The notes under the pieces: generated by a model
Told to the model about the DNA's origin: nothing
The model's input: only the letters and a program-made list of their open reading frames with translations
Databases searched by the model: none
NCBI GenBank assembly: GCA_950097015.1
Contig: CATNEN010000025.1
Span: 8,494,001-8,558,000 of the forward strand
DNA: 64,000 nt
Direction of reading: 5' to 3'
Source of the DNA: Macrostomum hystrix
Taxonomy: Eukaryota; Animalia; Platyhelminthes
Program-made: the position numbers and the translations under genes
In this document: positions 37,552-50,828 of the stretch, in pieces
How the letters are laid out: each line of letters opens with the position of its first letter
Position numbering within the stretch: position 1 is the first letter of the stretch

Positions 37552-37833
37552 ATGTCGAATTCCACTTCCGAGGGAGGCTCAGCTGGCGGCGGCGGCAACG
37601 GCGGAGCAACAAAAGCCGCCTGGGCGCCGCTGCGAAAACGACTGGCCCTGATTCGAACCGTGAGAATATTCTCCAAAGACTCCAGTAAAGAGGCCGCGAC
37701 AGCTGCAGCCGCTGCCGCATCGAACAGCCTACAGCTGCCCGACGATGGCGGAGTCTACTGCGGCGAGGACGGCGGAAGCAGCGGCTGCGACTTGGAACTC
37801 GACGACTGCGTTGTCAAAAGCGCTGGAGCGAAG
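37552..37833 (+). CDS. RGS protein, probable first coding exon
   Basis: ATG at 37552, GC-rich Gly/Ala-rich ORF with an amphipathic WAPLRKRLALIRT segment. Donor AAG|GTGAAG is phase 0 and compatible with the 50036 exon. The link across the 12.2-kb intron is inferred. Confidence 0.62.
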
Positions 37834-37894
37834 GTGAAGCATTGGAATTTTTTTAGACACTTGTGAGAGTTCAAACACTCACATAGACGGAGTG

Positions 37895-39285
37895 TTTGAC
37901 AGAGAGTTTACACACAGGTGACAGAGGGTTTACACACAGGTGACAGAGAGTTTACACACAGGTGACAGAGAGTTTACACACAGGTAACAGAGAGTTTACA
38001 CACAGGTGACAGAGAGTTTACACACAGGTGACAGAGGGTTTACACACAGGTGACAGAGAGTTTACACACAGGTGACAGAGAGTTTACACACAGATGACAG
38101 AGAGTTTACATGCTGGTGAGAGCGAGTTTACATGCAGGTGAGAGCGAGTTTACATACAGGTGACAGAGAGTTTACATGCAGGTGAGAGCGAGTTTACATG
38201 CAGGTGAGAGCGAGTTTACATGCTGGTGAGAGCGAGTTTACATGCTGGTGAGAGCGAGTTTACATGCAGGTGAGAGCGAGTTTACATGCTGGTGAGAGCG
38301 AGTTTACATGCAGGTGAGAGCGAGTTTACATGCAGGTGAGAGCGAGTTTACATGCTGGTGAGAGCGAGTTTACATGCAGGTGAGAGAGAGTTTACATGCA
38401 GGTGAGAGAGAGTTTACATGCTGGTGAGAGCGAGTTTACATGCTGGTGAGAGCGAGTTTACATGCAGGTGAGAGCGAGTTTACATGCAGGTGAGAGCGAG
38501 TTTACATGCAGGTGAGAGAGAGTTTACATGCAGGTGAGAGCGAGTTTACATGCTGGTGAGAGCGAGTTTACATGCAGGTGAGAGCGAGTTTACATGCTGG
38601 TGAGAGCGAGTTTACATGCAGGTGACAGCGAGTTTACATGCAGGTGAGAGAGAGTTTACATGCAGGTGAGAGCGAGTTTACATGCAGGTGACAGCGAGTT
38701 TACATGCAGGTGACAGCGAGTTTACATGCAGGTGACAGCGAGTTTACATGCAGGTGACAGCGAGTTTACACACAGGTGACAGCGAGTTTACATGCAGGTG
38801 AGAGCGAGTTTACATGCAGGTGAGAGCGAGTTTACATGCTGGTGAGAGCGAGTTTACATGCTGGTGAGAGCGAGTTTACATGCTGGCGAGAGCGAGTTTA
38901 CACACGGGTGACAGCGAGTTTACATGCTGGTGAGAGCGAGTTTACATGCAGGTGAGAGCGAGTTTACATGCAGGTGAGAGCGAGTTTACATGCAGGTGAG
39001 AGCGAGTTTACATGCTGGTGAGAGCGAGTTTACATGCAGGTGAGAGCGAGTTTACATGCAGGTGAGAGCGAGTTTACATGCAGGTGAGAGCGAGTTTACA
39101 TGCAGGTGAGAGCGAGTTTACATACAGGTGACAGAGAGTTTACATGCAGGTGAGAGCGAGTTTACATGCAGGTGAGAGCGAGTTTACATGCTGGTGAGAG
39201 CGAGTTTACATGCAGGTGAGAGCGAGTTTACATGCAGGTGAGAGCGAGTTTACATGCTGGTGAGAGCGAGTTTACATGCAGGGGA
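37895..39285. repeat. 22-bp minisatellite (AGAGCGAGTTTACATGC[A/T]GGTG), about 63 copies, RGS intron 1
   Basis: Period 22; 5' copies read GAGAGTTTACACACAGGTGAC. Confidence 0.95.
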
Positions 39286-39769
39286 TGACACACAGGTGTG
39301 GAAGTGGATGCTACAAAGAAGTCAAAAGTGATATTAGTTTTAGATTTCAGCTTTTGATTTCAGTTGGTATTTATTTAGTTTCCCAGATAAACAAATTTTG
39401 GATAGACAGAAACTAACGCGTGCTGATTCTATTAAAAAGTACTTTTAAACTGGCGAGTTGAGATAAACAGGGAAGCCCTGCCCAGCCCAACACAGATAAA
39501 TAACTAGATTGGGTGGGGACTTACCGGAAAAAAACACGGCCAAATGAAATTTGAATGCGTCTTGTTGCTGGTGAGAGGCAGAGGCCTGAGTTGCTGGATC
39601 ATGCGATAAGCCAGTTCTAAGACATTCCTGATTGTCTCCGCAACACTGGATCAGGCAAATTCCTCACTGACTATTTTTATTTAACCTTGTGATTTTTTCC
39701 CTCGAACTTGTTTAACTGCTTTTCACCCAGTACGAAAAACCTTGTGTCATCTAACCGACTTTGAATTTC

Positions 39770-40690
39770 CCTCACTGACACTCTACTCCCCTCACTGGCA
39801 TTCTACTCCCCCCACTGGCATTCTACTCCCCCACTGGCATTCTACTCCCCCTCACTGACATTCTACTCCCCTCACTGGCATTCTACTCCCCCTCACTGGC
39901 ATTCTACTCCCTTCACTGGCATTCTACTCCCCCCACTGGCATTCTACTCCCCCACTGGCATTCTACTCCCTTCACTGGCATTCTACTCCCCTCACTGGCA
40001 TTCTACTCCCCTCACTGGCATTCTACTCCCTTCACTGGCATTCTACTCCCCTCACTGGCATTCTACTCCCTTCACTGGCATTCTACTCCCCTCACTGGCA
40101 TTCTACTCCCTTCACTGACATTCTACTCCCCTCACTGGCATTCTACTCCCCTCACTGGCATTCTACTCCCCTCACTGGCATTCTACTCCCTTCACTGGCA
40201 TTCTACTCCCCCCACTGGCATTCTACTCCCCCACTGGCATTCTACTCCCCCTCACTGGCATTCTACTCCCTTCACTGGCATTCTACTCCCCCCACTGGCA
40301 TTCTACTCCCCCTCACTGACATTCTACTCCCCTCACTGGCATTCTACTCCCCTCACTGGCATTCTACTCCCTTCACTGGCATTCTACTCCCCCCACTGGC
40401 ATTCTACTCCCCCACTGGCATTCTACTCCCCTCACTGGCATTCTACTCCCCTCACTGGCATTACACCCCCCTCACTGGCATTATACTCCCCCTCACTGGC
40501 ATTCTACTCCCCCCACTGGCATTCCACCCCCCTCACTGGAATTCTGCTCCCCCTCACTGACATTCTACTCCCCCTCACTGGAATTCTGCTCCCCTTCACT
40601 GACATTCTACTCCCCCTCACTGGCATTCTACCTTACCTCATTGGCATTCTACCATACCTCATTGGCATTCTACCTTATCTCACTACCATT
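39770..40690. repeat. 20-bp minisatellite (TTCTACTCCCCTCACTGGCA)
   Basis: About 45 copies, with variable C-run length. Confidence 0.94.
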
Positions 40691-41096
40691 CTACCCTCCC
40701 TCACTCGACAGAAGTAGCGAGGAATCTGTCTTGACACTTCATCCGATGAATCTTCTATCATGGCTATTTAAGGGTCTCGGTGGGATTGCACTATCGCGTT
40801 TTGTTGCGATTATAATAAAATATCCCGACTAGATCTTTCAACGACGAGACTAGGAAAAAAAATTTTCCTAGCCTAGACTGGAATAGCATTTTCAGTTTTT
40901 TTCTTCTTTTTTTTCAGAGTTGCACTTCAACTTAAAATAATTTTCTAGATGGCCGACATTCGCGACCGTGACTTTCTGCAATTAGATAGAGAAAATCTAA
41001 ACAAAAAGTTTGATGGTTTTAAAAAGTTTCAAATCGTTTCGAATCCCGAAGCATAAAGTTTCTTACAATTCAGAAGTTTCCATTTCCTGAAGTATT

Positions 41097-41435
41097 TTCT
41101 GAAGGTTCCATCTCCTGAAGGTTCCATCTCCTGAAGGTTCCATCTCCTGAAGGCTTCATCTCCTGAAGGTTCCATCTCCTGAAGGTTCCATCTCCTGAAG
41201 GTTCCATCTCCTGAAGGTTCCATCTCCTGAAGGTTCCATCTCCTGAAGGTTCCATCTCCTGAAGGTTCCATCTCCTGAAGGTTCCATCTCCTGAAGGTTC
41301 CATCTCCTGAAGGTTCCATCTCCTGAAGGTTCCATCTCCTGAAGGTTCCATCTCCTGAAGGTTCCATCTCCTGAAGGTTCCATCTCCTGAAGGTTCCATC
41401 TCCTGAAGGTTCCATCTCCTGAAGGTTCCATCTCT
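41097..41435. repeat. 16-bp minisatellite (CTGAAGGTTCCATCTC)
   Basis: GAAGG at 41101, 41117 and 41133; about 21 copies. Confidence 0.95.
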
Positions 41436-42384
41436 CATTTCCAGAAATTTCAATATTAGAAAATAAGAAAATTGAGCTGGCATAATAAGTTAGTTTTTTT
41501 AGAAATAATGAAAATTACACTAGCATTTTCCAATTGGGATAAAAAAGAATGAGATTAAAAAACCGGTGAGAAATCGATGTACAAATATTTAGATAAGGCC
41601 AGAGTGAAATAAAAAGTATTCCCACTATAACGGAAATCGGTATTTGTGATAAGAAGTGACAGGACAGTCCCACTTTAAATCGGCGCCATCTTTTGAGTAG
41701 GTGAGCGCGGTGAGAACAGACTCTACAGCTCAGTTGGAGAAGCAGAAAGGGAGGTGAGAAAGGGAGGCAGGAAATGATCATCTTATGCGGTCGCTTTCCG
41801 AGTTAATTACAGGCGATGATAATCTGCGCCCAGCTGGTAAAATGAGACGGCGGGACTCTTTGTCGAGGGCTTCCCTGCGGAAGCAAGCTCAGAGCGGTGA
41901 TGCTGGGGGGGGGTAGGGAGTCGGGATAACGGCAAGGGGATTAGGAGAGGGGATCGATAGTTCGAAGCAGCATGGAGCCCGTCCCGATCAATCAGCAGGG
42001 AGCAGACGGTGAAGCGGGCGGCCGGGCCATCTCGTCTCCCCCCCAGCCCGATGGCCCTTGGAACGTCGGAACCTTCCGGATTATCCCCCGAGATCCAACG
42101 CTGGCAAAAGGTTGAAGTGGGCGAGATGAAGATGGGGAGAAAAGGTGAGAATCGGCGGAGATGAGGAGGCGGATACAAGGTAGCTGTTTTAGATTTGAGG
42201 ATTTTCTTACGGATGCAAAGATTAGGGAAGATTTCTGAACAGTTCTGAAGCGCAAATAAGCGTACGATTAATCCCCTAAAGGATATCTTGTGTCACTTCT
42301 TAGTATCGGCCTTCTCTGACTATAATAGAGTTTAGTAGAACACAGTAAATACATTCTTACTACACTTGACTACTTAACTAATCA

Positions 42385-43600
42385 TCTGCCACATCATCTG
42401 TCTGTCACATCATCTGTCTGTCACATCATCTGTCTGTCACATCATCTGTCACATCATCTGTCTGTCACATCATCTGTCTGTCACATCATCTGTCTGTCAC
42501 ATCATCTGTCACATCATCTGTCTGTCACATCATCTGTCTGTCACATTATCTGTCTGTCACATCATCTGTCTGTCACATCATCTGTCTGTCACATCACTCT
42601 GCCACATCACTCTGTCACATCATCTGTCTGTCACATCATCTGTCTGTCACATCATCTGTCTGTCACATCATCTGTCTGTCACATCATCTGTCTGTCACAT
42701 CATCTGTCTGTCACATCATCTGTCTGTCACATCACTCTGCCGCATCACTCTGTCACATCATCTGTCTGTCACATCATCTGTCTGTCACATCATCTGTCTG
42801 TCACATCATCACACTCTGCCACATCACTCTGCCACATCACTCTGCCACATCACTCTGCCACATCACTCTGCCACATCACTCTGCCACATCACTCTACCAC
42901 ATCACTCTGCCACATCACACTGCCACATCACTCTGCCACATCACTCTGCCACATCACTCTGCCACATCACTCTACCACATCACTCTGCCACATCACTCTG
43001 CCACATCACTCTGCCACATCACACTGCCACATCACTCTGCCACATCACTCTGCCACATCACACTGCCACATCACTCTGCCACATCACTCTGCCACATCAC
43101 TCTGCCACATCACTCTGCCACATCACTCTGCCTCATCACTCTGCCACATCACTCTGCCACATCACTCTGCCACATCACTCTGCCACATCACTCTGCCACA
43201 TCACACTGCCACATCACTCTGCCACATCACTCTGCCACATCACTCTGCCACATCACTCTGCCACATCACTCTACCACATCACTCTGCCACATCACTCTGC
43301 CACATCACTATGCCACATCACACTGCCACATCACTCTGCCACATCACTCTGCCACATCACTCTGCCACATCACTCTGCCACATCACTCTGCCACATCACT
43401 CTGCCACATCACTCTGCCACATCACTCTGCCACATCACTCTGCCACATCACTCTGCCACATCACACTGCCACATCACTCTGCCACATCACTCTGCCACAT
43501 CACTCTGCCACATCACTCTGCCACATCACTCTGCCACATCACACTGCCACATCACTCTGCCACATCACTCTGCCACATCACTCTGCCACATCACTCCGTC
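42385..43600. repeat. Compound array: 16-bp CACATCATCTGTCTGT switching to 13-bp CCACATCACTCTG
   Basis: Unit switch at about 42810, with isolated 13-mers already present at about 42595 and 42735. Confidence 0.93.
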
Positions 43601-44149
43601 ACAAATTCAGGTCTCGAAAGACCGTGGTTAATCTTTTTGTTACAAATATATTTCTTTCTTGCTTGCGAACTTGTGCCAGCCAAAGGCTGCTTCTGAGCAG
43701 GATTATACTGCATTGGGTGCTCTCTGCCGCTCTTGAGGCACTGAAAGTTGAAAGGCAAGAAGGAAGGATTTAAGGAAGGAAGGAAGAAGACTAGAAACGA
43801 GAGTCACGGCAGACTAGTCGTTTCCCATCGTTTTCGGCTTTTAGAAAATCCCCAGTCTCTCTCTTTCTCACTCGCTTTTCCGCAGAAATTTCTTAAGACC
43901 CCAAAGAATGAGGCTGTGCGTGCGACTTGACCGGCTAGAGGCTGAAGGAGATGACAGACGGAGGCTGAGCATGTTAGAAGATACTGATGGCGAAGAGGAG
44001 TCAGATATTCTATCATAATCTGGGTCTAGGTGCGCAACTACTCAATAGTCTGAACATTTTCTAGCAACAGGCTACTAACAGTAGAAGGAGAGGATTTATT
44101 CTTAGAAAAATCATATAGACGACTGCCGTGTAGCTGCTTCACTGCACTT

Positions 44150-46002
44150 ATCAACACCCTCCAAACTGCTGTTATCAACACCCTTAAAACTGCTGTTATC
44201 AACACCCTCCAAACTGCTGTTATCAACACCCTCCAAACTGCTGTTATCAACACCCTCCAAACTGCTGTTATCAACACCCTCCAAACTGCTGTTATCAACA
44301 CCCTCCAAACTGCTGTTATCAACACACTCCAAACTGCTGTTATCAACACACTCCAAACTGCTGTTATCAACACCCTCCAAACTACTGTTATCAACACCCT
44401 CCAAACTACTGTTATCAACAACCTCCAAACTGCTGTTATCAACACCCTCAAAACTGCTGTTATCAACACCCTCAAAACTGCTGTTATCAACACCCTCCAA
44501 ACTGCTGTTATCAACACCCTCCAAACTGCTGTTATCAACACACTCCAAACTGCAACACCCTCAAAACTGCTGTTATCAACACCCTCCAAACTGCTGTTAT
44601 CAACAGCCTCCAAACTGCAACACCCTCAAAACTGCTGTTATCAACACCCTCCAAACTACTGTTATCAACAACCTCCAAACTGCTGTTATCAACACCCTCA
44701 AAACTGCTGTTATCAACACCCTCAAAACTGCTGTTATCAACACCCTCCAAACTGCTGTTATCAACACCCTCAAAACTGCTGTTATCAACACCCTCCAAAC
44801 TGCTGTTATCAACACCCTTAAAACTGCTGTTATCAACACCCTCAAAACTGCTGTTATCAACACCCTCCAAACTGCTGTTATCAACACACTCCAAACTGCT
44901 GTTATCAACACCCTCCAAACTGCTGTTATCAACACACTCCAAACTGCTGTTATCAACACCCTCCAAACTGCTGTTATCAACACCCTCCAAACTACTGTTA
45001 TCAACACCCTCCAAACTGCTGTTATCAACACCCTCCAAACTGCTGTTATCAACACCCTCCAAACTGCTGTTATCAACACCCTCCAAACTGCTGTTATCAA
45101 CACCCTCCAAACTGCTGTTATCAACACCCTCCAAACTGCTGTTATCAACACCCTCCAAACTGCTGTTATCAACACCCTTAAAACTGCTGTTATCAACACC
45201 CTCCAAACTGCAACACCCTCCAAACTGCTGTTATCAACACCCTCCAAACTGCTGTTATCAACACCCTCCAAACTGCTGTTATCAACACCCTCCAAACTGC
45301 TGTTATCAACACCCTCCAAACTGCTGTTATCAACACCCTCCAAACTGCTGTTATCAACACCCTCCAAACTGCAACACCCTCAAAACTGCTGTTATCAACA
45401 CCCTCCAAACTGCTGTTATCAACACCCTCCAAACTGCTGTTATCAACACCCTCCAAACTGCAACACCCTCCAAACTGCTGTTATCAACACCCTCCAAACT
45501 GCTGTTATCAACACCCTCAAAACTGCTGTTATCAACACCCTCCAAACTGCTGTTATCAACACCCTTCAAACTGCTGTTATCAACACCCTCCAAACTGCTG
45601 TTATCAACAGCCTCCAAACTGCTGTTATCAACACCCTCCAAACTGCTGTTATCAACACCCTCCAAACTGCTGTTATCAACACCCTCCAAACTGCTGTTAT
45701 CAACACCCTCCAAACTGCTGTTATCAACACCCTCCAAACTGCTGTTATCAACACCCTCCAAACTGCTGTTATCAACATCCTCCAAACTGCTGTTATCAAC
45801 ACCCTCCAAACTGCTGTTATCAACATCCTCCAAACTGCTGTTATCAACACCCTCCAAACTGCTGTTATAAACACCCTCAAAACTGCTGTTATCAACACCC
45901 TCCAAACTGCTGTTATCAACACCCTCCAAACTGCTGTTATCAACACCCTCAAAACTGCTGTTATCAACACCCTCCAAACTGCTGTTATCAACACCCTCCC
46001 AA
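44150..46002. repeat. 24-bp minisatellite (CTCCAAACTGCTGTTATCAACACC), about 77 copies
   Basis: Gives (EGVDNSSL)n and (AVWRVLIT)n pseudo-ORFs; occasional internal deletions shift the frames. Confidence 0.96.
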
Positions 46003-46020
46003 CCTGTGGATCAGAGGGAC

Positions 46021-46125
46021 AGAATCCCAAACTGAGGATCATAGAGACAGAATTCCAAACTGAGGATCATAGAGACAGAATTTCAAACTGAGGATCGTAG
46101 AGACAGAATCCCAAACTGAGGATCA
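46021..46125. repeat. 28-bp tandem repeat (AGAATCCCAAACTGAGGATCATAGAGAC), about 4 copies
   Basis: AGAAT anchors at 46021 and 46049 onward. Confidence 0.8.
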
Positions 46126-46714
46126 GAGAGAGAGAGAGAGTCAAACAAGAGAGTTACGAAGACGCATTCCACCTGTATACTCGGGTATCTTATTCTTAGT
46201 AACAGAACTTTGAGCATGCTAATATTCTCTTATTCTCTTATCAACTGTGGCAGCTCGCGGTCCGCAGATCCCAACTCACTTTATTCCCCCGCCAAAGCTG
46301 GTCTGCAATGGGATTTCACGCTTGGCTTAACTCGGACCTTCCTCACTCAACGATTCGGTCAGGCCTGAAGCTTTCCTCTGCAATTCGCACCGACCATATC
46401 CCGATTCCATGACGGCCCCTGATTGAGGGCCTATTCAGGCGTGCTGAAACCAAATAACAGGAGCCGAGCCGTTCAGCAAAGTAGTTATGCCTGAGTGTGA
46501 GAGAGACACAGGGAACTTCTGCTGATATGGGATTCATATAGAGTAGCAAGAGAGAGCAGAAGTGGGAACATTGTGCTAAGAGCTGAAGCGAGTGATCAAG
46601 ACGATCAGATTGTTCGTTTATTTGATTGGCTAAGACTGAAATAAATGTCTAATTAATAGATATTTGCTCAATAGAGACATGACTGATAGATAAGTGTCCT
46701 TGATGGATGGATTA

Positions 46715-49580
46715 GTGTCTTTGACTTTGACTGATGGATTAGTGCCTATTACTGATGGATTAGTGTCAAAGACGGATAAATTAGTGTATTTGACTGATGG
46801 AGTAGTGCATTTGACTGATGGATTAGTGTATTTGACTGATGGAGTAGTGCATTTGACTGATGGATTAGTGTATTTGACTGATGGATTAGTGCCTATTACT
46901 GATAGATTAGTGTCAAAGACGGATAAATTAGTGTATTTGACTGATGGATTCGTGTTTATGACTGATGGATTCGTGTTTATGACTGATGGATTCGTGTTTA
47001 TGATTGATGGATTCGTGTTTATGACTGATGGATTAGTGTTTATGACTGATGGATTAGTGTTTATGACTGATGGATTCGTGTTTATGACTGATGGATTCGT
47101 GTTTATGCCTGTTGGAGTAGTGTTTATGACTGATGGATTCGTGTTTATGATTCATGGGGTAGTGTATTTGACTGATGGATTCGTGTTTATGACTGATGGA
47201 TTCGTGTTTATGACTGATAAATTCGTGTTTATGACTGATGGATTCGTGTTTATGATTGATGGAGTAGTGTATTTGACTGATGGATTAGTGTATTTGACTG
47301 ATGGATTAGTGTATTTGACTGATGGATTAGTGTATTTGACTGATGGATTCGTGTTTATGGATTAGTGTGGATTAGTGTATTTGACTGATGGATTAGTGTA
47401 TTTGACTGATGGATTAGTGTATTTGACTGATGGAGTAGTGTATTTGACTGATGGATTCGTGTTTATGACTTATGGATTAGTGTATTTGACTGATGGAGTA
47501 GTGTATTTGACTGATCGATTCGTGTTTATGGATTAGTGTGGATTAGTGTATTTGACTGATGGATTCGTGTTTATGACTGATGGAGTAGTGTATTTGACTG
47601 ATGGATTAGTGTTCATGACTGATGGATTAGTGTATTTGACTGATGGATTAGTGTATTTGACTGATGGATTAGTGTATTTGACTGATGGAGTAGTGTATTT
47701 GACTGATGGATTAGTGTTTATGATTGATGGAGTAGTGTATTTGACTGATGGATTAGTGTATTTGACTGATGGATTCGTGTTTATGACTGATGGAGTAGTG
47801 TATTTGACTGATGGATTAGTGTATTTGACTGATGGAGTAGTGTATTTGACTGATGGATTCGTGTTTATGACTGATGGATTCGTGTATTTGACTGATGGAT
47901 TAGTGTATTTGACTGATGGAGTAGTGTATTTGACTGATGGATTAGTGTTTATGACTGATGGATTAGTGTATTTGACTGATGGAGTAGTGTATTTGACTGA
48001 TGGATTCGTGTTTATGACTGATGGATTAGTTTTTATGGCTGATGGATTCGTGTTTATGACTGATGGATTCGTGTTTATGACTGATGGATTAGTGTATTTG
48101 ACTGATGGAGTAGTGTATTTGACTGATGGAGTAGTGTATTTGACTAATGGATTCGTGTTTATGAATGATGGATTCGTGTTTATGACTGATGGAGTAGTGT
48201 ATTTGACTGATGGAGTAGTGTATTTGACTGATGGAGTATTGTATTTGACTGATGGAGTAGTGTATTTGAATGATGGATTCGTGTTTATGACTGATGGAGT
48301 AGTGTATTTGACTGATGGATTAGTGTATTTGACTGATGGAGTAGTGTATTTGACTGATGGATTCGTGTTTATGACTGATGGATTCGTGTATTTGACTGAT
48401 GGATTAGTGTATTTGACTGATGGAGTAGTGTATTTGACTGATGGATTAGTGTTTATGACTGATGGATTAGTGTATTTGACTGATGGAGTAGTGTATTTGA
48501 CTGATGGATTCGTGTTTATGACTGATGGATTAGTTTTTATGGCTGATGGATTCGTGTTTATGACTGATGGATTCGTGTTTATGACTGATGGATTCGTGTA
48601 TTTGACTGATGGAGTAGTGTATTTGACTGATGGAGTAGTGTATTTGACTAATGGATTCGTGTTTATGAATGATGGATTCGTGTTTATGACTGATGGAGTA
48701 GTGTATTTGACTGATGGAGTAGTGTATTTGACTGATGGAGTATTGTATTTGAATGATGGAGTAGTGTATTTGAATGATGGAGTAGTGTATTTGACTGATG
48801 GAGTAGTGCATTTGACTGATGGAGTAGTGTATTTGACTAATGGATTCGTGTTTATGAATGATGGATTCGTGTTTATGACTGATGGATTAGTGTATTTGAC
48901 TGATGGATTAGTGTATTTGACTGATGGAGTAGTGTATTTGACTGATGGATTCGTGTTTATGACTTATGGATTAGTGTATTTGACTGATGGAGTAGTGTAT
49001 TTGACTGATCGATTCGTGTTTATGGATTAGTGTGGATTAGTGTATTTGACTGATGGATTCGTGTTTATGACTGATGGAGTAGTGTATTTGACTGATGGAT
49101 TAGTGTTCATGACTGATGGATTAGTGTATTTGACTGATGGATTAGTGTATTTGACTGATGGATTAGTGTATTTGACTGATGGAGTAGTGTATTTGACTGA
49201 TGGATTAGTGTTTATGATTGATGGAGTAGTGTATTTGACTGATGGATTAGTGTATTTGACTGATGGATTCGTGTTTATGACTGATGGAGTAGTGTATTTG
49301 ACTGATGGATTAGTGTATTTGACTGATGGAGTAGTGTATTTGACTGATGGATTCGTGTTTATGACTGATGGATTCGTGTATTTGACTGATGGATTAGTGT
49401 ATTTGACTGATGGAGTAGTGTATTTGACTGATGGATTAGTGTTTATGACTGATGGATTTGTGTATTTGACTGATGGAGTAGTGTATTTGACTGATGGATT
49501 CGTGTTTATGACTGATGGATTAGTTTTTATGGCTGATGGATTCGTGTTTATGACTGATGGATTCGTGTTTATGACTGATT
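46715..49580. repeat. 21-bp minisatellite (GACTGATGGATTAGTGTATTT and variants) with 504-bp and 1494-bp internal duplications
   Basis: TTTTATGGCT marker at 48031, 48535 and 49525. Confidence 0.96.
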
Positions 49581-50035
49581 AGTTTGGGCCTTTGTCTGGT
49601 GTTTAAGTGTTTTTAGTAATGAAATTCTTTCTTTTTAATAAAGTATATGTTTTTATGAACGATAGATTTATGTCGGACAGATAGATATTATTGTCTGTTT
49701 GTGATAGATATTGATGTTTGTGATGATAAATGAATTAAATTTCATGATCTCTAAAGAAATGAGGAACACAGTATCAAGGAGCTGTGCCCAGCTCTCATTG
49801 GAGCAGGCCATCTCGCGATCTGATTGGCCTATGCTAGGCTACCTGATACTCTTAGAGTTAGTCTAGAACTAGGATCGCAAGCTAGAGAGAAAACCAGCAG
49901 CGCACAGCCGACACGACACAGTGGTCCAAAGTTGAAATGGACAGCAACAGCAGCGGGTGGGGTCGGCGACGGAAAGTTTCGGCGCCGATGCCCGTGACGT
50001 CCACCCGACAGACGACTTTTCGTTTGTTTCCGCAG

Positions 50036-50236
50036 GCCTCTCCGGTGTTGGGTGGCGCGGCGGCCGCGGCCGAACGCCAGGACGGCGAGAACGACGACGA
50101 GGTCAGCTCGAGAGTCAATATCGCCAGCTGCGGTGGCAGCGGCGGCGGCGGCGGTGGCAGCGGCGGCAGTAGCCGTGGCATCGCCACAACTGCAGTCGGC
50201 GCACCGGCGCATGCCCTGTTTTTGCGGCATCGAGGG
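50036..50236 (+). CDS. RGS protein, internal exon (Gly/Ala/Ser-rich)
   Basis: Acceptor TTCGTTTGTTTCCGCAG|50036 and donor GGG|GTAAGA at 50237, both phase 0. Confidence 0.72.
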
Positions 50237-50264
50237 GTAAGACCCGGAAGGAGTGGAGATTAAC

Positions 50265-50795
50265 TGTTAGACAACAGGATCACCTGTTAGACATCAGGAT
50301 CACCTGTTAGACATCAGGATCACCTGTTAGACATCAGGATCACCTGTTAGACATCAGGATCACCTGTTAGACATCAGGATCACCTGTTAGACATCAGGAT
50401 CACCTGTTAGACATCAGGATCACCTGTTAGACATCAGGATCACCTGTTAGACGTCACCTGTTAGACATCAGGATCACCTGTTAGACAACAGGATCACCTG
50501 TTAGACGTCAGGATCACTTGTTAGACGTCAGGATCACCTGTTAGACAAAAGGATCACCTGTTTGACGTCAGGATCACCTGTTAGACAAAAGGATCACTTG
50601 TTAGACGTCAGGATCACCTGTTTGACAACAGGATCACCTGCTATACAACCGGATCACCTGTTAAACATCCGCGCTACCTGTTAGACATTAGGATCACCTG
50701 TTAGACATTAGGATCACCTGTTAGACATCAGGATAACCTGTTAGACATCAGGATTGCCTGTTAGACACCAGGATCACCTGTTAGATCACCTGTCA
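50265..50795. repeat. 20-bp minisatellite (GGATCACCTGTTAGACATCA) filling RGS intron 2
   Basis: About 26 copies. Confidence 0.94.
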
Positions 50796-50828
50796 GCCAG
50801 TGAGATCACCAATCGCCACATCCTCCAG

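Noticed and set aside
42051-42180. Alternative RGS first exon in the GC-rich island at 41.8-42.2 kb
   Set aside because: An ATG and GT donors exist, but no homology or unique phase-consistent choice supports them. RNA data are needed.
44038-49582. Repeat ORFs (EGVDNSSL)n, (AVWRVLIT)n and (TDGLVYL)n as adhesin or beta-solenoid proteins
   Set aside because: Unit lengths of 24 and 21 nt keep the frames open. Frames are broken by array indels, there are no splice signals or unique domains, and they lie inside RGS intron 1.
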